Part shown: positions 41,801-50,153 of the stretch, piece by piece
Numbering within the stretch: the stretch's first letter is position 1
How the letters are laid out: each line of letters starts with the position of its first letter
NCBI GenBank assembly: GCA_965368975.1
Contig: CBDUPA010000009.1
Coordinates: forward strand, 199,867 to 263,866
Length of the DNA stretch: 64,000 bases
Source: an uncultured bacterium
Lineage (GTDB): Bacteria; Acidobacteriota; Thermoanaerobaculia; Multivoradales; JAHZIX01
Direction of reading: 5' to 3'
Notes under the pieces: generated by a model
The model's database searches: none
The model's input: only the letters and a program-made list of their open reading frames with translations
What the model was told of the DNA's origin: nothing
Translations under genes and position numbers: made by a program

Positions 41801-42995
41801 CCAGAGTCTCCTGCATCACCTCACGTAGCGCCGCCAGCAAGTCCGCGGCCGGCTCGCGGCCGTGCTCGTGCAGGTAGTAAGCGGCGAACTGCTGGTCCAG
41901 AGGTTGCTCGCTGCGCACCGGTGCCTGCGGCTCGTTGCGCTCGTAGTCAGCGCGCACCTTGATGAGGTAGGGAAAGTGCCGCCGTGCCCGCTCGGCGAGC
42001 GAAGGATCGGGGCCGTCGGTGCGGACTGCCAGGTCCATATAGGCGTCGGCCAGTTCGGGTTCGGCGAGCAGCTCTTCCCAGCTGCCATGCGCGCGCCGCA
42101 GCCGACGCCCGGCGGTGAGCGGTAGGGAACGAAGACGCGCGGTCGACCCTGCCTGTACGTCGACCAAGACCACCCGCTTGGCTTCGCCGGCCTCGCCGAA
42201 ATCGAGTTCCAGCGGTGAGCCGCAGTACTCGGCGGGCACCGGCGCCGCCGGCACCGATTGCGGCCGATGGATGTGACCGAGGGCGATGTACTGTGCGTTG
42301 GCGGGCAGCGCGCCGCCCGCCGCGGCGTAGTGCTCACCCAAGTGCAACGAGCGCTCGCCGCGCGGAGCTGCACCTAGGAGACCAGTGCCCCGGAGGCCTC
42401 CGAGGGTGCCCCCCCCCAGAGTGACACCACCAACCAGGAAATGACCTATCACCACCCTCGCGGCATCATCCCCGTGCGCCGCCAGGTAGCTGTCGTACGC
42501 CGTGCACAGTTCCGCCATGCGCTCGGCGTACTGGCCGTACCAGCGGTCGGCGTCCTGCAGGAAATCGACCGCCTGGCCCTCGCGCAGGAAGGGCAGGCAA
42601 GCGACCAGCGCCGTCTCGTGGGTGTCCGCGCCGAGTCCTTCGAGGCGAATCACGCCGCCGTCCTCCGGCGCACGGATACCGCCGACCAGGTGGATGCGGT
42701 GATCGCGCAGGTAGTCGGCCAGCAAATCGAGCAGTTCCGGCGAGTCGTGGTTACCCGCGATCGCCACCACCGGCGCCTGCTCGGCCAGTCGGTGCAGGGT
42801 TGCCAGGACCAAGCGCAGGGCGTCCATCGGTGGTCGCGGGTGATCGAAGAGGTCGCCGGCCACCAGCACCAGGTCGACGTCCTCGCGGTGCGCGATGTCG
42901 ACGATCTCGTCGAGCACGGCACGCGCGTCGTCGAGTCGGCTGTAGCGTCCCAAGCGCTTGCCGACGTGCCAGTCTCCGGTGTGCAGCAGGCGCAT
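41787..42995 (-). CDS. sbcD: SbcD/Mre11 nuclease
   Basis: MRLLHTGDWHVG, AGDLFD, GNHD, LGHIH. Confidence 0.93.
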   Translation of the reverse strand: MRLLHTGDWHVGKRLGRYSRLDDARAVLDEIVDIAHREDVDLVLVAGDLFDHPRPPMDALRLVLATLHRLAEQAPVVAIAGNHDSPELLDLLADYLRDHRIHLVGGIRAPEDGGVIRLEGLGADTHETALVACLPFLREGQAVDFLQDADRWYGQYAERMAELCTAYDSYLAAHGDDAARVVIGHFLVGGVTLGGGTLGGLRGTGLLGAAPRGERSLHLGEHYAAAGGALPANAQYIALGHIHRPQSVPAAPVPAEYCGSPLELDFGEAGEAKRVVLVDVQAGSTARLRSLPLTAGRRLRRAHGSWEELLAEPELADAYMDLAVRTDGPDPSLAERARRHFPYLIKVRADYERNEPQAPVRSEQPLDQQFAAYYLHEHGREPAADLLAALREVMQETLDAST

Positions 42996-43003
42996 GTGAC
43001 GAA

Positions 43004-44512
43004 TCAGTCCGTAGTGGCCCAGGCGAGGTCGAAGCGACCTAGGTTGCCGAGCAGCGGCAGTGCCATTTCCAGCAGCGTGCCTTCGTCGCTCGCCGTGGTC
43101 CGCGCCATCGCCAGGTGCGTGGCGTCGACTCTCGGGCCGTAGACGGCTGAGTCGAGCGCCAGCCACATCCCGAGATCTTCCAGGTACGCCTCCGTCCAGG
43201 CATGGTAGAGAAATTGGCCGTCGCCGCCGCTGTGCACCAAGCCGACGACAACGCGGGCCGGAATGCCGGTGGCGCGCAGCAGCGCGGTGAGCAGGAAGGC
43301 GTTCTCGGTGCAGTCGCCGTCGCGCGAGTCGAGGGTCTGGCGGGCGGTTGCCAGGCCGATTCCGGCGCCCGAGAAACCGATGTTTTCGTGCACCCAAGCC
43401 TCCAGGCGATGCGCGGCGTCGAGTGGGTCTGACGCGCCTTTGACAACCTTGCGTGCCACGCGCTGGACGGCTGCGTCATCACTCTCGATCAGGCCGGAAG
43501 GCTGCAAGCAGGCGTCGCTGGGAGGATCGTCTTGGTGCTCGGGGTTTGCCGCATCTTCGAGGCTCAGCTTGGGTACCGTCACCATCAGCACCTCTTCGCC
43601 CTCTCGCTGCTCGATCCGCTGGCGGCCGTCCTGGGCGAAGATGTCCGCCAACCGTGGCGCACCGTCGCCGCGCGCGATCAGCCGGTAGGTCGCCTGGCGC
43701 AGCCGGCGGGCCTGTGGTAGCGCCCGGTCGAAGCCCACGGACAGCTGACGGAATGCGGCCAGATCCGCCTCGACCGGCGCCAGTGCTTCCTCGCGCGTGG
43801 CCAGGCGCATGACCACCGGACCGACTTCCTGGCGCAGCAATGTGCCGTCGGCGGCGTAGGTCTCTCGCGTCGTGAGGCCCAGGCCGACTGCTTCCTGCTC
43901 CACCACCACGGCGCCGTCCGGCAGCGTTTCCAGCCGCCGGATGCGCACCTCCAACACTCGATTGCCGGCCTCGAAGCTGAAGGTCTTGTAGCTCACCATC
44001 TCGGCGTCACCACGCAGCAATTCGAGCGTCGCCCTCTCGGCGGCGCGCGGCGCCAGGATTGTCTGATCCCAGGGGATCGTCCGTACCTGCTCGCGTCCCT
44101 GCGGCGAGACCGTGCGCAGGCGCGCCTCGCCGTCCAGGATCTCGACCGACGTAAGGCTCTCGCCACCGCCCAGGTTGAGCCGGCTTTCCAGAAAACGCGT
44201 GCCGCGCTCGTCTTCGATCCAGGTGCTGCGCGAGGCCATCACCACGCTCTCGGTGCGGCCGGCATTGAAGCGCGCCAGCTCGCTGCGCATGTCGTTGACC
44301 ACCTGCCAGGCCGGCTGGCCCTTGTAGTCGACTGACTTCTGCTCGAAGTGCGCATATCCGGAACGTTGGCCGAACATCTCGACTAGGTACCACTGCTCCG
44401 AGTACCCGTCCTCCGATGCTTCGATCGGGTGCTCGGGATCCGGTGCGGACTGAGCACAGAGAGGGTGGACGAGGGAGCAGGCAAGGAGTAGAGAGCAGGC
44501 TGTTCGCGTCAT
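43004..44512 (-). CDS. Secreted transglutaminase-like domain protein
   Basis: Signal-like N-terminus; GDCTE, YHAWTE, WLALD (Cys-His-Asp triad). Confidence 0.85.
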   Translation of the reverse strand: MTRTACSLLLACSLVHPLCAQSAPDPEHPIEASEDGYSEQWYLVEMFGQRSGYAHFEQKSVDYKGQPAWQVVNDMRSELARFNAGRTESVVMASRSTWIEDERGTRFLESRLNLGGGESLTSVEILDGEARLRTVSPQGREQVRTIPWDQTILAPRAAERATLELLRGDAEMVSYKTFSFEAGNRVLEVRIRRLETLPDGAVVVEQEAVGLGLTTRETYAADGTLLRQEVGPVVMRLATREEALAPVEADLAAFRQLSVGFDRALPQARRLRQATYRLIARGDGAPRLADIFAQDGRQRIEQREGEEVLMVTVPKLSLEDAANPEHQDDPPSDACLQPSGLIESDDAAVQRVARKVVKGASDPLDAAHRLEAWVHENIGFSGAGIGLATARQTLDSRDGDCTENAFLLTALLRATGIPARVVVGLVHSGGDGQFLYHAWTEAYLEDLGMWLALDSAVYGPRVDATHLAMARTTASDEGTLLEMALPLLGNLGRFDLAWATTD

Positions 44513-44669
44513 GGCGCTAGCATAGCGGAAGCTTCCGGATCTCCGGTGACCAGACCGCTGAGGACCTTGTGCTAGCATCCCGGAATTCTTCTGAGCTTGC
44601 CCGTCTACCTCTTCGAGAGAGCTCCATTGAGGAGCAATCTTCGAACGAGTCGTCAAGGGAGCTGGATCT

Positions 44670-45338
44670 ATGAGTGATGGAGTGATCGAGGTGCGCGTCT
44701 GTGAACTACACGGATTGCGTTACAACGCGGCAATCCAGGACGGCTGCGCGCGCTGTCGTCGGGAAGGGACCGTCGATCCGGGCAAGGCGTCGGGGGCGCC
44801 GGCCCCACCACCAGCCCAACCCGCGACACCGGTACCCGCGACACCGGTACCCGCGTCAGGCTCGTTGCTGCCCGACCTGGACCTGCCTGACCTCAATGCC
44901 CCCCCCCAGCCGCCCCCAGCCGCCCAGCCGCCGCAGCAGTCCCCAGCGGCTCGGCAAGCTGAACCCCGGCCAGCACAGCAGCAAGCGGCGCCCCCCGCCC
45001 CGCCAGCGAACTCGGCGGCTGCGCGCCCCGCCGGTGGTAAGCATCGTGAAGGCGGCGTCGCCGCTCGCGCCGGGGCCTCCGTTGGCACCGGATCGGTGGG
45101 TACGGGGTTGGCGATCGCCGCCGCGCTGATCCTCACCGCCACGGCGGGACTCACCTTTCTACACTCCGCCGCCGTCAAATGGGTCGGTGGCTTCGTCTCG
45201 CCGCCGGCGGCTGCCGAGTCCGAGTACCTGTACGACGACACCTTGCCCGCCGGCTATGACGACGAGAGCTACGAAGACTACGAGAGTTTTGAAGACTACG
45301 ACGACAATGCCGGCTACGACGACGGGGAGGGACACTGA
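44670..45338 (+). CDS. Hypothetical single-pass membrane protein (N-terminal CxxH/CxxC, Pro-rich linker, acidic Tyr-rich tail)
   Basis: CELHG...CARC; TM LAIAAALILTATAGLTFL; TGATG coupling to the next gene. Confidence 0.7.
   Translation: MSDGVIEVRVCELHGLRYNAAIQDGCARCRREGTVDPGKASGAPAPPPAQPATPVPATPVPASGSLLPDLDLPDLNAPPQPPPAAQPPQQSPAARQAEPRPAQQQAAPPAPPANSAAARPAGGKHREGGVAARAGASVGTGSVGTGLAIAAALILTATAGLTFLHSAAVKWVGGFVSPPAAAESEYLYDDTLPAGYDDESYEDYESFEDYDDNAGYDDGEGH
44820..44855. repeat. 15-bp tandem repeat x2.4 (PATPV)
   Basis: CCCGCGACACCGGTA at 44820 and 44835. Confidence 0.7.
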
Positions 45339-46286
45339 TGAGCCAGTGCAACCAACACCCGGACCGCGGCGCCGGCTACCATTGTGAGTCGTGCGGCAAC
45401 TATCTGTGTGACGACTGTGTCGATTCCGGGCACGCGCTGCTGTTCTGCCGCGTATGCGGAGAACAGGCGCTGCCCGTGACAGCGGGTGTGAGTCACTCGA
45501 CCACGACCGTGGCGAGCGCTGGCATTCCGTCGACCGCCTCGGTAGCCGGTTCCCATGTGCAGGCCCGCCAGCGACAGAAAGCCGTTTTCGGCCCCTATAG
45601 CTTCCGGGAAGCGCTGTTCTATCCCTTCCGAGGCCTCGGCGCTTTCCTCTATGTGGGCGCCATCCTGGCGATGCTGTTCCTGGCCTACGTGCCGATGCTC
45701 TTCATGGGTCGCTTGGTGCTGACCTTCCTCTTCTGGTCGATGATGGTTGGCCTGCAGTTAGTTCAAGATCATCCGAACCTCAGCCGAGGGCAGCGTCGAA
45801 CTGCCGGATTGGCCAGAGTATGGCGATCTTGGTGAGTGCCTGCTGGACATCTTCGCCTACCTCTTCGCTACCGCCCTGCTCTTCCTGCCCCTGGGGGCTT
45901 TGGTTTGGGTCGGCCGCAGCCAGGTCTTCATCACTGAGCCGAATCCGTTCTTCTGGTTCCTGTTTGCGCTGCTGGGCTGGCTGTGCACCGCGCTGTCCGT
46001 CATGGCCCTCGGCGCCGCTGGTCGCTTCCATCGCTTCGACGTGCTGCGCATCCCGAGCCACCTCAAAGCGCTGCGTTTCACCGGAGCCGACGGCATCACC
46101 GTCGCCAATCTGACGTTCGGCCTGGGTATAACCGTGTACTTGCTGGATCTGGCGCTGCAAGAGATTCCGTACATCGGTAGCATCGCCAGCTTCGGTCTCG
46201 GCGCCTACTGGATCTTTGTCAGCGCACACTTCATCGGCGTCCTGATGCGTCGCCACATCTTCGTGCTCGAAGCGCTCTACGACTGA
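45338..46286 (+). pseudogene. B-box zinc-finger multi-pass membrane protein, frameshifted
   Basis: CNQH..CESC..LCDDC..CRVC N-terminus; tandem AGTT-AGTT at 45756-45763 shifts the frame; removing 4 bp gives GLQ-FKIIRTSAEGSVELPDWP and a 314-aa ORF. Confidence 0.8.
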
Positions 46287-46315
46287 GGCGTGTCCGTCGG
46301 CAAACAGCGGTAGCG

Positions 46316-47629
46316 TTAAGAGGGGGGTAGGTTAGGTGGTGGCAGGCGTCCCAGGTCGGCACTGCCGGCCTCTAGCTCGGCCCGATTCGGCGGCTCGAAC
46401 TCGCCGGTGATCAGCGTGACGACGGCCGACAAACCAGCCAGCGTGGCACAGCCGATGTAGAGCAGCGGAATGTTCTGGTCGATCAGGTCGGCGATGACAC
46501 CCGATAGGCCGATGGCCAGCGGCGACAGGCTGCCGGCGATGGTCAGGAGCAGCCCGAAGACGCGACCGCGGAACTCGCTCGGCGTGCTCAGCTGCAGCGC
46601 CGTGACCACCGAGATGTTGAAGCTGCCGAACATGATGCCACCGAGCAGCATCATGGCGACCGCCACGCTGGCGTCGCGCGTTACTCCAAGAACACCGAGA
46701 AAGATCGATGCGGCCACCAGCTGTACGATCAACACGCCGCCGGTGAGGCGCTTGGCCAGCGCCGGGTGGCCGGCGAGGGAGTAGCCGATCAGGGCGCCCA
46801 GGCTCAGCGCCGCCAGCATGAAGCCGTACCACTTGACATCCTTCTGTAGGAAGTCCTGGACGTAGAACAGCAGAAGTGCAGTGATCGGGGCGATGAAGAA
46901 GTTGAAGACTGCAGCCATCAGCACCAGGGTGCGCACCCAGCCGTTCTTCCAGACGTAGTGCAGGCCCTCGACGGTCTCTTCCCGAATCTCGCGCAACCAA
47001 TCGCGCAGGCGTCCGCCCTTGCTGCGCTCTCGCAGGTGCTGCGGGATGATGATGAAGCACTCGCTGAGGGCGGAGAAGAGGTAGGTCAGGCCGTCCACCA
47101 AGAACATCAGCCGTGGACCCATGACCGCGTAGAGCACGCCACCCGCAGCCTGTCCGACGAAGGACGACACCTGATTGACCGCCTGCTGCATCGAGTTGGC
47201 TGTCGCCACGCGATCCTCTGGTACCAGGTCCGGGATGGCAGCGGCAATGGCCGGGCTGAAGAAGGCCCCCATGATGCCTTTGAGCACGCCGATCGCCAGT
47301 AACGCCGCCAAGATCACGTTGACGCTCGGTTGCAGTGCGAAGACCACCACTAGCACGAGCACTGCCAGGCCGGTGATGGCGTCGCACAGCACAATGATCC
47401 AGCGCCGCGAGTAGCGGTCGGCGATGACGCCGCCGAGCGGCGAGAGGACCACCGCGGGTAGCAGTGACAGCATGGTCATCAGGCCGACGATCGATGTCGA
47501 CTGCGTCGCTTCCTTGACCCAGGCCATCTGGGCTATCAAGAAAGCCTGCGCGCCCACCTGACTCACCAACTGTCCCTGCCAGAGCAGGAAGAAGTTGCGA
47601 TTCATCAAGCGGGTGGGGGGCGAACTCAT
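46316..47629 (-). CDS. MFS transporter (DHA3/macrolide-efflux-like)
   Basis: NRNFFLLWQGQLVS, GVIADRYSRR, TPSEFRGRVFG; about 12 TM. Confidence 0.9.
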   Translation of the reverse strand: MSSPPTRLMNRNFFLLWQGQLVSQVGAQAFLIAQMAWVKEATQSTSIVGLMTMLSLLPAVVLSPLGGVIADRYSRRWIIVLCDAITGLAVLVLVVVFALQPSVNVILAALLAIGVLKGIMGAFFSPAIAAAIPDLVPEDRVATANSMQQAVNQVSSFVGQAAGGVLYAVMGPRLMFLVDGLTYLFSALSECFIIIPQHLRERSKGGRLRDWLREIREETVEGLHYVWKNGWVRTLVLMAAVFNFFIAPITALLLFYVQDFLQKDVKWYGFMLAALSLGALIGYSLAGHPALAKRLTGGVLIVQLVAASIFLGVLGVTRDASVAVAMMLLGGIMFGSFNISVVTALQLSTPSEFRGRVFGLLLTIAGSLSPLAIGLSGVIADLIDQNIPLLYIGCATLAGLSAVVTLITGEFEPPNRAELEAGSADLGRLPPPNLPPS

Positions 47630-47653
47630 GCAGATCTCCGGGGGCGGGTGCTG

Positions 47654-48700
47654 TCAGGGTTGGAGGCCGCGACCGCGAATCGTGCGGTCCCAAGTGGCCA
47701 TCCATTCCTGACCCCGCTCGGTGATCAACTGCTTGTCGAGCGGGATCGGCAGCAGTTCCTCGACCACCGTTTGAGCCCATGGCGGCAGTCGGTCAACAGG
47801 CATGTCGGTGCGCGCCGGCAGGCGGAAGGCCTCGCGCGCGACCAGCTCGAGAGCCTCGATCTCACCGACCCAGTCGATGAAGGCCTTGGCGGCCTCGGCG
47901 TTGCGTGCACCGGCGACCAAGCCGATCGAGTCGTCGATCACCGGTGTTCCGCTGGTGGCGAAGCGGTGCGCCAACGGCAGCCCTTGGCGCTCGCGCAGCA
48001 GGATGTCGGTCAGCTCCCACATCGAGACCACCCCTTCCTGCCGGATCAGTTTCTCGAACAGCAGCGCAGGGTTGGGCACGTACTCTTTGGTCTGTGCGTC
48101 GAGACGACGCAACCAGTCATATCCTTGCTCAGGCTCCCCGGTTTCGGCAACGGAGCGGGCCACCACCATGGTGAAGACCGTGCGCAGCGTGCCGCTGGCC
48201 AGCGGATCGCGCATCACGATCTTGTCCTGCCAGCGTGGATCCAGCAGGTCGTCCCAATCCGCCGGGGCCTCCTCGGCGCTCACCGCGTCCGAGTTGTAGA
48301 CCAGAATCGGACACGAGCGGTAGATGCCGAAGTAGAGGCTCTCGGGATGGCGGCTGGTCTCTGGCACCTGCTGCGCCCAGGATGGCGCGTAGCTCTGCAG
48401 CAGATCCTCGTCGGCGCCGCGCGCGAAGATGGTACCGGGACCGCCGAACCAGACATCGGCCTGCGGGTTGACCGCCTCGGATCGGATGCGGTCATAGACC
48501 TCCTGCGAGCCCATGTCGAGCCAGCGGATGTCGACTTCGGGGAAGCGCTGTTCGTAGGCTTCCTCCAGCAGGCCCAACAACTCGCGGCCGTGCGGTGAGT
48601 AGACCACCACCGATGTCCGGTCGTCGCCGCAGCCGGTGGCCGAGCCAAGCCCAGCGAGCAGCACGAGGGCCACCAGCATCAGGCCATACTTGCCTCGCAT
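47654..48700 (-). CDS. Extracellular solute-binding lipoprotein, iron(III)/AfuA-like family
   Basis: Lipobox ATGC; VVVYSPH, NPQADVWFGG, WDDLLDP, DPLASGT; AGGAGG upstream. Confidence 0.85.
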   Translation of the reverse strand: MRGKYGLMLVALVLLAGLGSATGCGDDRTSVVVYSPHGRELLGLLEEAYEQRFPEVDIRWLDMGSQEVYDRIRSEAVNPQADVWFGGPGTIFARGADEDLLQSYAPSWAQQVPETSRHPESLYFGIYRSCPILVYNSDAVSAEEAPADWDDLLDPRWQDKIVMRDPLASGTLRTVFTMVVARSVAETGEPEQGYDWLRRLDAQTKEYVPNPALLFEKLIRQEGVVSMWELTDILLRERQGLPLAHRFATSGTPVIDDSIGLVAGARNAEAAKAFIDWVGEIEALELVAREAFRLPARTDMPVDRLPPWAQTVVEELLPIPLDKQLITERGQEWMATWDRTIRGRGLQP

Positions 48701-49009
48701 CGATCCTCCTCCGCGTAATGTATGAGCGACCATGAAGCCGCAATGATTCTGCTTCTGCCGTATCTCTTCTTGCGCACGAACCGGCACAGTGTATCGCGGT
48801 ACTGCACGATGCCGAAGCCGGGGCGACAAAGTCGTTGCGGGCTGGGTCCGGCTCCGCCAAAGACGTTGCATGGATCGTTGCAGTGGGGATCAGCTGTTCC
48901 CGCGAATCAGCTGCTACTATTGGCAAGGTACTATGACAGCCATGCAGCTACGTATCCGATGTACTTCCACTGATTTACCGAGGGACTCCATGTAGAGATG
49001 GAGAAAGAA

Positions 49010-50101
49010 ATGTCAAAGCGCCCACACAACTTCAATGCCGGGCCCGCGGCTCTACCGCTGGACGTCTTACAGCAGGCACAGAACGACCTCCTGGACTTCG
49101 AAGCGTCCGGCATGTCGATTCTGGAGATGAGCCATCGCGGCAAGGTCTACGACCGTGTGCACCATCAGGCGATGGCAGATCTGAAACGCATCCTCGGGCT
49201 CGACGGAGACAGTCACGAGGTGCTGTTCATGGGTGGGGGCGCCAGTACGCAGTTTTCGCTGGTGCCGATGAACCTGCTATCCGCTGATGGTCACGCAGAC
49301 TACTTGGTGACCGGCCGCTGGAGCGAGATGGCGCTGCGGGAAGCCCGCAAGGTTGGGCAGGCCAACGAGCTGTGGACGAGCGCGGCGAGCGGACACGACC
49401 GCGTACCCGGGCCGGGCGACTACACGGTTGCACCGTCGGCGGCGTTTCTCCACTACACCAGCAACAACACGGTGGCGGGTACCCAGTTCCCTTCCGTGCC
49501 AGACGCCGGAGATGTGCCGCTGGTGTGCGACATGTCGTCCGACCTTCTCAGCCGGCCGCTGCCGCTGGAGCGCTTCGGCCTGATCTATGCCGGTGCACAG
49601 AAAAACCTGGGACCAGCTGGCGTCACGGTGGTGGTGATCCGGCGAGACCTGCTGGCGCGCAGCCCTGAGAAGCTGGGAAAGACGCTGAGCTATGCGCGGC
49701 TGGCGGAGAAGGCGTCGATGCTCAACACGCCGCCGGTCTTCGCCATCTACTTGGTGGGCTTGGTGGTGCGCCACTTCCTGGACGCCGGCGGCTTGGCCGT
49801 GATCGACGAAGCCAACCGTGCCAAGGCCGAGCTGCTCTATGACTTCTTGGACGCCTCGGGCGGTTTCTACCGTGGCCACGCCCAGCCGGGTAGCCGGTCG
49901 CTGATGAACGTCACCTTCCGCTTGCCCTCGCCCGAGCTGGAGCAGCGCTTGATCGAGGAGGCTACGGCCCATGGCCTGATCGGCCTCAAGGGGCACCGCT
50001 CTGTGGGGGGCCTGCGGGCATCGCTCTACAATGCGGTGCCACGGTCGTCCGTGCTGGCTCTGGTCGAGTTCCTCCGCGATTTCCAGCAGCGCAGCGGCTG
50101 A
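49010..50101 (+). CDS. serC: Phosphoserine aminotransferase
   Basis: NFNAGPAALP, EMSHRG, DMSS, YAGAQKNLGPAG, GHRSVGGLRASLYNA. Confidence 0.96.
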   Translation: MSKRPHNFNAGPAALPLDVLQQAQNDLLDFEASGMSILEMSHRGKVYDRVHHQAMADLKRILGLDGDSHEVLFMGGGASTQFSLVPMNLLSADGHADYLVTGRWSEMALREARKVGQANELWTSAASGHDRVPGPGDYTVAPSAAFLHYTSNNTVAGTQFPSVPDAGDVPLVCDMSSDLLSRPLPLERFGLIYAGAQKNLGPAGVTVVVIRRDLLARSPEKLGKTLSYARLAEKASMLNTPPVFAIYLVGLVVRHFLDAGGLAVIDEANRAKAELLYDFLDASGGFYRGHAQPGSRSLMNVTFRLPSPELEQRLIEEATAHGLIGLKGHRSVGGLRASLYNAVPRSSVLALVEFLRDFQQRSG

Positions 50102-50153
50102 GCCGCAGCGGACCCTCACGACACAACGAGCACAAAGAGGCGCGAAAGACCGA

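Noticed and set aside
39041-42995. SMC plus nuclease as a Wadjet/Lamassu-type defence system
   Set aside because: Canonical SbcCD features (zinc hook, Mre11 motifs) with no extra defence subunits
42996-43397. N-terminal extension of the sbcD ORF
   Set aside because: Overlaps the transglutaminase gene; SbcD homology starts at MRLLHTGDWH
48986-49003. CTCCAT/ATGGAG hairpin over the serC SD
   Set aside because: Only 6 bp with no supporting aptamer or alternative structure; could be chance
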